From contig CAVXWP010000004.1 in assembly GCA_963765495.1 (NCBI GenBank), forward strand, positions 96,001 through 160,000: 64,000 nt of DNA. Direction: 5' to 3'. Every line of letters starts with the position of its first letter. The stretch's first letter is position 1. This document shows, piece by piece, positions 57,786 to 64,000 of the stretch. The notes below the pieces were generated by a model. It saw only the letters and a list, made by a program, of their open reading frames with translations, was not told the DNA's origin and searched no databases. The stretch comes from Blastocatellia bacterium (GTDB taxonomy: Bacteria; Acidobacteriota; Blastocatellia; UBA7656). Both the position numbers and the translations under genes were made by a program.

Positions 57786-59936
57786 TTAAGTAACTTGATA
57801 AACCTTGCCCTTGAATACGACGATTACTTTCTCGCCAAGTGAGAAATACTCGGTAAGGCCAGTCTCTTTTCCGATCAGATCGAAAAATTCATCGCTGCCG
57901 AATTTCACCTTGATTACGGGCAGATTGCTCTCTTCTTTGTATTCAGTATCAACCCAGATGTCGTCCTTCAAGGTGAAGGTCTTGTCGCTGACCCTGGCTA
58001 TATTGTTGAGATATTGCTCGATTCCATCGCCCGAATTCGATTGCCTCATCTCTTTTTCAGCGCGACTGCGGGCCACGGCTCCCTGTCCGCTTCGAGCGGA
58101 AACGCCGTTTTCAGTCATTGCCTTCAATTGTACGGGAGCGCCCGGCGCATCTCTTCTCGCCAGGTCCTTCATGTCTTCCGTGACCAGAAACGAAGTGTAG
58201 GGTGTGACTATACCGAATCTGGTTCCAAGCGCGACTATCTCATCAACCAGTTCGCGATTCTCTCCGTTGAGCCTGATCTGCTCAAGCAGATAACCTGCTC
58301 GGCGAGTCGCCCAGAGCCTCGGAAGAAACTGGTTGTCGCTCTTATCGGAAACAAACGTCTGGTTCGCAAATGAAAATGTCTGCGCGCGATCACCCACCTT
58401 GCCTGCGAGCTTCACGGTCGCGCCGCTCCTGGCGTTCTTGTAGCGGCCTACGATTGTGAGTTGAGAGCCCTTGAACAGATCGGGCAATGAGCGCGGGTAT
58501 ATCATATCGGCTTCGATCCCGCCCAGATCGAGTTCCAGCCCCGAAAGAACCGGGTAGTTTACCTTTGCAAAGAAATTAGAGACCTTCACTTCAAGGTCTT
58601 CGCCCGGCTCGATGTAATCGCTTGTTCCGCGATTGTCGGAAGAGAGCTTATCGAGCAGGCTGGTGTTCACATCATACCCGACGCCGAAAGAGAACAAACG
58701 CACACCGGCGCGATTTGCATCCGCTACGTTTTTGAGTATCTGTTTGACATCCGTCGACCCCACGGTTGGAAGCCCGTCTGTAAGAAAGACGATCATCGAG
58801 GGACGGTTGGAGTCGTGAAACTGTTTTAGCGCGGCGACAAGAGAGTCGTTTATGTTTGTCCCGCCTTCGGCGCGAAGCGCTTCTATGAAAGAGAGGCCCT
58901 GCTGTTTGGCCTCTTTTCCGGCTTCCACGAGCGCGCTTTTCATCAGATGCTCTTCGCCGGAAAACGAGATGATGTTGAAGCGGTCTCGCGGCGAAAGCGA
59001 CTCTACGCCGAACTTCAGTGCCGCCTTCGCTTTCTGGATCTTTTCGCCGCTCATAGAGCCACTTGTGTCGAATACAAAGATCACATCTTTTGCGATTCGC
59101 TCCTGCTCGCCTATGTTTACTTTCGGAGAAATGAGCATCAGAAAATATCCGTCTTTTCCCGGCTCTTTTTGCGTAAGCAACGACAGACCGAAATCCTTTT
59201 CCGACAGCGAATAATACAATTGGAAATCTTTCTGCGTGTCTTTGCCAGACCCTTCAAAACTGAGTGTGGCCCGCCGCTCTCCGTCACGGTTTACTGAAAT
59301 CTGATGCGAAGGTGAATAGATATTTTTCAGATCAAGCTCAGACTTTATCTCGACCCTTGCGGCAATCTGTTCGACGGGTTGAGCAAGCATTCGCCGCCCG
59401 GCTCCAAGTTCATAGCGATACTCAACCGTGCCGCCTTCATTCTTGAGAACCTGCGTGTAGGTGAGGTCTATTTTCTTTCTGCTCCGGGGTTCGATAGGAA
59501 ATACATTTGCCTGAAACAGATCTTTCCCGACATATTCGAGCAGACCGGGGTCTATCATCTTGCGCACTATCTCGTTGTAAATCTGCCTGGCCTTTCCTTT
59601 TTCGAGAACCTCGGCGGCCATACGCTTATCGCCGTCATAAATTGCGAAATCGGATATCGAGGCGCTCTCAGGTATAGGGAAAAAATAAGACCCTTCCAGC
59701 CGATAAGGCGTATCGTTCTCAAATACCTGTTCGACTCTTGTCGTGGCGACCTGAGACTCAATGCGGGTTTCGATCTTTACAGATTTTATCTTGAGGACTC
59801 GCGGAATCGGTCGAGGTCGCGGGATCGGGTGCGGGGGGCATCTGTCACATTCACGCGGTATTATTACGCCCTGTCCAAAGGCCGCGCCGGAAATGAACAG
59901 AAGTATCCCCAGGGTTTGTAAGACTATTTTTTTCAT
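57786..59936 (-). CDS. Secreted VIT + vWA domain protein (inter-alpha-trypsin inhibitor-like)
   Basis: Signal peptide, VIT (EQVFEN..EGSYFFP), MIDAS DTSGSM, GGTNI, LTDG, RLWA and VTPYTSFLV motifs. Confidence 0.88.
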   Translation of the reverse strand: MKKIVLQTLGILLFISGAAFGQGVIIPRECDRCPPHPIPRPRPIPRVLKIKSVKIETRIESQVATTRVEQVFENDTPYRLEGSYFFPIPESASISDFAIYDGDKRMAAEVLEKGKARQIYNEIVRKMIDPGLLEYVGKDLFQANVFPIEPRSRKKIDLTYTQVLKNEGGTVEYRYELGAGRRMLAQPVEQIAARVEIKSELDLKNIYSPSHQISVNRDGERRATLSFEGSGKDTQKDFQLYYSLSEKDFGLSLLTQKEPGKDGYFLMLISPKVNIGEQERIAKDVIFVFDTSGSMSGEKIQKAKAALKFGVESLSPRDRFNIISFSGEEHLMKSALVEAGKEAKQQGLSFIEALRAEGGTNINDSLVAALKQFHDSNRPSMIVFLTDGLPTVGSTDVKQILKNVADANRAGVRLFSFGVGYDVNTSLLDKLSSDNRGTSDYIEPGEDLEVKVSNFFAKVNYPVLSGLELDLGGIEADMIYPRSLPDLFKGSQLTIVGRYKNARSGATVKLAGKVGDRAQTFSFANQTFVSDKSDNQFLPRLWATRRAGYLLEQIRLNGENRELVDEIVALGTRFGIVTPYTSFLVTEDMKDLARRDAPGAPVQLKAMTENGVSARSGQGAVARSRAEKEMRQSNSGDGIEQYLNNIARVSDKTFTLKDDIWVDTEYKEESNLPVIKVKFGSDEFFDLIGKETGLTEYFSLGEKVIVVFKGKVYQVT

Positions 59937-60123
59937 CCTTAATCTCTCTGACGCTCTTTATTTTTGTTGTTATAAGGCGGAGGTCGCTCAAGGGTAAATC
60001 GCTAACGCTCCAGCCCGTGCTCTGGCCTGAGCTCCTCCGCCGATTATTGAACGATCAACCCGCAGGGCTTTGCCATTTTTTTTACAGGATTAACAAGATT
60101 GTCTTTTCATTCTCTAAACCCTG

Positions 60124-61011
60124 TCAATTCTGTCTCGAATTTACCCACGCCGTGTACCACAGATTTGCAAGCATTTGCGACCCGGCTGCGAGCCGTCGGG
60201 CGACAAATTGTTTCGAGGCCGGATTCGCATTCGATGCATCCCACCGCGCCGTCTTGTCCATGCGGTAGAGGTCTTCTACCTGTCCGTAGGATTCGAAGAG
60301 AAATTTCATAATGTCTGAGAAAGGGTCATCAAGTTTCTCGGCGGTTTTGACAAGCTGGCTAAAATCCTCAGGCTTGATCTTCGCCTTTACATACTCGCCC
60401 TCGAAGCGCCAGTGCAACGGCTCGCGTGTGTAGAGGTCGGGGTTTGCGCTCGTGCTCCACCCGTTGTAATGGATCGTCGTATGAAGCGGCTGCGACCCGT
60501 CGGCTACGTAATGCCCCATCACGCCCCCGTAGTAGATGATGTTTTGCTCTATTTGATTTCGCTCCGCCGCGTTCTGAGGATCGCGCCATAATCGAAACAG
60601 CACCTGTAGCTTCTCGTAATTTTCGAGAATAGAATACGGAAGAAAGCCTATGTCTTTCGGGTCTTTCCCACCCGCTCGCAACCATTCGCCGTAGCGGTAG
60701 CGGTCATTTGGCAGAGCCTCGAAATTTTCCGGCTTGTCTATGTCTATAAAGTGATCCGGCCCGTTTACTTCCCTGAGCGCGCTGTATAGCTCTTTCGAAT
60801 CGCGCCAGCGATCAGGTTCAGGCCCGAGGAATGAGAGACGGTCGGCAGCATCTCTGAAAAAAACCGGCATATCCGAAGGCAGGTGCTCGGCGGCAACTCT
60901 GTTGACATAGCGATGCCCCTCATCCCCCCACGCCTTAACCGAGGGCAAAAACAGGGGCGCAAGGCCCAGTATCAGTACGATTGAAACCATGAGTATTCTT
61001 CTGCTTTTCAA
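60124..61011 (-). CDS. Secreted S1/P1 nuclease / zinc phospholipase C-like protein
   Basis: Signal peptide then mature WGDEGH; PD.WR, HFID, HYVADGSQPLH and LH..FE zinc motifs. TTG start at 61011 with GAGGAG RBS. Confidence 0.78.
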   Translation of the reverse strand: MKSRRILMVSIVLILGLAPLFLPSVKAWGDEGHRYVNRVAAEHLPSDMPVFFRDAADRLSFLGPEPDRWRDSKELYSALREVNGPDHFIDIDKPENFEALPNDRYRYGEWLRAGGKDPKDIGFLPYSILENYEKLQVLFRLWRDPQNAAERNQIEQNIIYYGGVMGHYVADGSQPLHTTIHYNGWSTSANPDLYTREPLHWRFEGEYVKAKIKPEDFSQLVKTAEKLDDPFSDIMKFLFESYGQVEDLYRMDKTARWDASNANPASKQFVARRLAAGSQMLANLWYTAWVNSRQN

Positions 61012-61072
61012 TTGTTCTCTCCTCGTCTGATTTTGATTGCGGTGGGTTTTCAAATGCTGATCGGTTGGGTAT

Positions 61073-62500
61073 TCAATCTTCGTCGTGCTCGTTGCCGTCA
61101 AAGTGCATCACGAGCGGCTCATCATCGACTACAGTCTCCAGATGCACATCTCGCCCCCAGAGATTATGGACATATTCGAGCGTTTTGCGCGCATATTTCA
61201 TGTCGAGTTCTACCCCTTCGTAGCGGTGCATAAGGTAAAGCTCTCGATTGCCGTCGTAATCGCCGTCGGTCACTTCGATGTAGGGAAATCCGAAATTCGT
61301 CATGTTGGCAACAAGCTGATCGCGCACCCTCTCCCAGTTCTTTTCGGTAACGGTCCATTCCTCGTCGTCAACTAGCTGGTAGACAAACAGATCAAGCTCT
61401 TCGCAAAGCTCTTCGGTCAGATAATTGCGCAGAAATGAAATATCGTTATCCAGTTCGCGCACTTCCATAATCTTTTCGCGGCCCTCGCCTCCGCGTCTTC
61501 CGAAGAGTTTCCGTTCGTCTTCGCTTGGATTATCCCATCGTTTCTCGATGTCTTCGAATATCTTGAATCCCAGATAGTAAGGATTTAACTGCCCCTTGTG
61601 CGGAGAGACTACCCCCGCGTGCAATTCGGCAAACTCGATATAGTCCTTCGTATCAAGATTCATCTCTCGCATGATGCGCGCGTGTGTGAGCGAAGCCCAT
61701 CCCTCGTTCATGATCTTTGTCTGCATCTGCGGGATGAAGTATTCCATCTCTTCGTGAATCATCGCTATGATGTCGCGCTGCCAGTCTTCGAGCGCGGGCG
61801 AATTCTTCATGATGAAGTACATTATGTCTTTTTCGGGCGCGTCAAGGCTCGATTTATGCCGGTTGTCATCATCTTCGTCCGTTGTGCCGGTATCGTTCAC
61901 ACAAAGCTCGTCTTCGGTCATCAGGTCGTCGTAGCGCCCTTCCCGCCTCTTCGTCTTCTTTTCCGATTCGTTCTTTTCTCTTGTCTCTTTCTTGATAAAG
62001 AAATTCGGGTCCACGTGCTCTTCTATCGCGAGCACGGCATCGAGAAAATCTTCCACGACCTTGCGGCCGTACTTGAATTCGTACTCGTTCATACGGCGCG
62101 CGTGCATGGCCGCTCCGTCTACCATGCGGCGATTTGTTCGGGAAAAGTAGACGTTGTTTTTGAAAAAGTCTACGTGGCCTAAAACGTGCGCAATCACAAG
62201 TTTGTTTTGAATAGGCGAGTTGGTTTCAAGCAGAAAGGCATAAGACGGGTTGGAATTGATGACGACTTCGTAAATCTTCGAAAGCCCGAAATCATACATC
62301 ATCTTCATCCGGTGATAGGCCTTACCGAAAGTCCAGTGCGAGTATCGCCCCGGCAACGCGTATGACCCTATCTCGTACATCACGGTGGCAGGCACTATCT
62401 CGAAATGGACGGGAAACGGATCAAGCCCAAGCGTGCCGGTCGCAATCTCCAGGATCTGCGCCATAGCCTCTTCCAGTTCTCTGACCTCTTTATCAACCAT
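61073..62500 (-). CDS. spoVR: SpoVR family protein
   Basis: [43 protein letters not shown] and NPYYLG motifs. Confidence 0.92.
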   Translation of the reverse strand: MVDKEVRELEEAMAQILEIATGTLGLDPFPVHFEIVPATVMYEIGSYALPGRYSHWTFGKAYHRMKMMYDFGLSKIYEVVINSNPSYAFLLETNSPIQNKLVIAHVLGHVDFFKNNVYFSRTNRRMVDGAAMHARRMNEYEFKYGRKVVEDFLDAVLAIEEHVDPNFFIKKETREKNESEKKTKRREGRYDDLMTEDELCVNDTGTTDEDDDNRHKSSLDAPEKDIMYFIMKNSPALEDWQRDIIAMIHEEMEYFIPQMQTKIMNEGWASLTHARIMREMNLDTKDYIEFAELHAGVVSPHKGQLNPYYLGFKIFEDIEKRWDNPSEDERKLFGRRGGEGREKIMEVRELDNDISFLRNYLTEELCEELDLFVYQLVDDEEWTVTEKNWERVRDQLVANMTNFGFPYIEVTDGDYDGNRELYLMHRYEGVELDMKYARKTLEYVHNLWGRDVHLETVVDDEPLVMHFDGNEHDED

Positions 62501-62520
62501 AGTTCTTAGCCGCAAACCCT

Positions 62521-63678
62521 TCAGGCTTCATCCCCGCGTTTGCCAAAAAACTCTTTGAGCGCCGGATAGACATCTTCCTTATCATCGATGCGGACGCCCA
62601 CGAATCTCTCCTGATATTGCAACCTGTCTTTGAAGATTGAAAGCAGCGCGCCAGACGAACGGCGATAACTCGACGCGCCCTCTTCGCCGATCTCGCCGTA
62701 GCCAAACAGGTTGCAGGTATTGATCAATTCATCGGCCAGCTTGACCGCCTCGTCGTTATCCGAGTAATAGTTGTCGCCGTCTGAGAAATGGAACGGATAG
62801 ATGTTCCAATCATTTGGACGGAACCGCTCGCCGATTATATCGAGCGCAAGCTTGTAAGCAGAGGAAACCACGGTTCCGCCCGACTCCCCCTGCGTGAAGA
62901 ACTGTTCTTCGGTGACCTCTTTCGCTTCGGTGTGATGACTGATAAAGACTATCTTGACGTGATCGTATTTGGTCTTGAGAAATCGCACCATCCAGAAGTA
63001 AAACGACCGCGCGATGTACTTTTTAAACTCCCCCATGCTCCCCGACACATCCATCATTGCGATGACTACGGCGTTGGATTCGTATGTGATCTGCTCTTCC
63101 CATGTCTTGTAGCGAAGGTCTTCTTTTTTGAAGGGGCCTATTCGGGCCGCGCCGGTTTCGCGGGCCTGCCGCTTTATGTTTTCGAATATGCTGCGGCGCT
63201 TGTCGAGGTTTGCCATTATCCCTGAACGGCGAATCTCCGTAAATTTCGTGGTCTTTGACTGGACAGCCTGTTTGGCTTTTTCTTCGAGGTACGGTAGCCT
63301 GAGGTCTTCAAAAATCAGCTTGGCGATTTCGTCTATGTCCACTTCCGCTTCGTAATATTCATTTCCGGGCTGATCGCCGCCGCCCGGCCCAGGCCCCGCG
63401 CCACCCTGCCCCTCGCGGGCTATCACATCGCCTACTTTTGTGTTGCCGTCGCCCGTGCCTACCTGTTTCTTCTTGCGATAATCGAAACGAAACTTGTACT
63501 CGTCAAGCGACCGGATCGGCACTTTGACCACGCGCTTTCCATCCGACAGGATGATCGATTCATTCGAGACGATGGAACCGAGATTCTTCTTTATCGCCTC
63601 GCGCACCCTGTCCTTGTGACGCTCCTGATCTATCTGTCCCTTGCGTTGTAACGACCAGTCATTTCGTTGTACTGACAT
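62521..63678 (-). CDS. yhbH: YhbH/YeaH (DUF444) vWA-like protein
   Basis: [33 protein letters not shown] and FSDGDN motifs. Confidence 0.9.
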   Translation of the reverse strand: MSVQRNDWSLQRKGQIDQERHKDRVREAIKKNLGSIVSNESIILSDGKRVVKVPIRSLDEYKFRFDYRKKKQVGTGDGNTKVGDVIAREGQGGAGPGPGGGDQPGNEYYEAEVDIDEIAKLIFEDLRLPYLEEKAKQAVQSKTTKFTEIRRSGIMANLDKRRSIFENIKRQARETGAARIGPFKKEDLRYKTWEEQITYESNAVVIAMMDVSGSMGEFKKYIARSFYFWMVRFLKTKYDHVKIVFISHHTEAKEVTEEQFFTQGESGGTVVSSAYKLALDIIGERFRPNDWNIYPFHFSDGDNYYSDNDEAVKLADELINTCNLFGYGEIGEEGASSYRRSSGALLSIFKDRLQYQERFVGVRIDDKEDVYPALKEFFGKRGDEA

Positions 63679-63767
63679 AATTCGCTTTCCAGAAAATTAG
63701 GCCCGCACCTCCTGGCAGAGCGTGCGGGCGTGACCGGAAATATTTTGCTTTCGGCGCGCCCGCACAC

Positions 63768-64000
63768 CTAGCGCGACAACAGCGTGCCGACGTAAGTGAG
63801 CAATTCGTTTGCGCACACCGTGCAGTAACCATGCTCGGTTACCAGCCGGTCTATCACTTCGTTTATGCGCCGCAACTGATCGGCATCCGGCGTCTTTGCC
63901 GAAGTAGTGATCTTCACAACGTCCTTGAGGTCCGAAAATATCTTCTTCTCGATAGCCTCTTTTAACCGCTCGTGCGAGCGATACTCGAACGCCTTGCCCT
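63768..64000 (-). CDS. prkA: PrkA/YeaG serine kinase, C-terminal end only
   Basis: Manual translation FEYRSHERLKEAIEKKIFSDLKDVVKITTS...HGYCTVCANELLTYVGTLLSR*; canonical prkA-yhbH-spoVR order. Confidence 0.85.
   Translation of the reverse strand, partial: GKAFEYRSHERLKEAIEKKIFSDLKDVVKITTSAKTPDADQLRRINEVIDRLVTEHGYCTVCANELLTYVGTLLSR

Noticed and set aside
61073-64000. Sporulation locus or novel system (spoVR, yhbH, prkA)
   Set aside because: This triad is widespread in non-sporulating bacteria and is in its ordinary order.
1-64000. tRNA, rRNA or riboswitch
   Set aside because: None was recognised by eye in the intergenic gaps; a covariance-model scan would be needed to exclude small RNAs.

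Overview
Gene-dense bacterial chromosomal window, nearly all on the minus strand. From left to right it holds: (i) pabB/pabA, partial at the edge; (ii) a decayed 1091-bp IS with perfect 15-bp terminal inverted repeats and an AATT flanking duplication; (iii) an alpha-glucan/trehalose operon (glgE, treS-mak, glgB, treZ, GH57/DUF3536); (iv) a poly-HAMP hybrid kinase, CheR, CheB and hybrid kinase signalling operon; (v) a ~28.4-kb contractile injection system (eCIS, PVC/Afp-like) locus at 24994-53398; and (vi) housekeeping genes (rlmB, MFS, GGR-family reductase, VIT-vWA, S1/P1-like nuclease, spoVR-yhbH-prkA). The most notable signals lie in the CIS locus. One is a complete candidate -1 ribosomal frameshift cassette (internal GGAGG, GGGGGAA heptamer, downstream hairpin) that would fuse the tail chaperone to the start-less DUF6760-like ORF. 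Others are a DUF4157-HNH toxin with an adjacent DUF4265-like immunity candidate, a SARP-like operator in front of the operon, a baseplate protein with a ~290-aa helical and hydrophobic insertion, no lysis genes, five paralogous fibre-like proteins, and a three-layer nested palindromic element. All family assignments come from motif recognition by eye, not from database searches.
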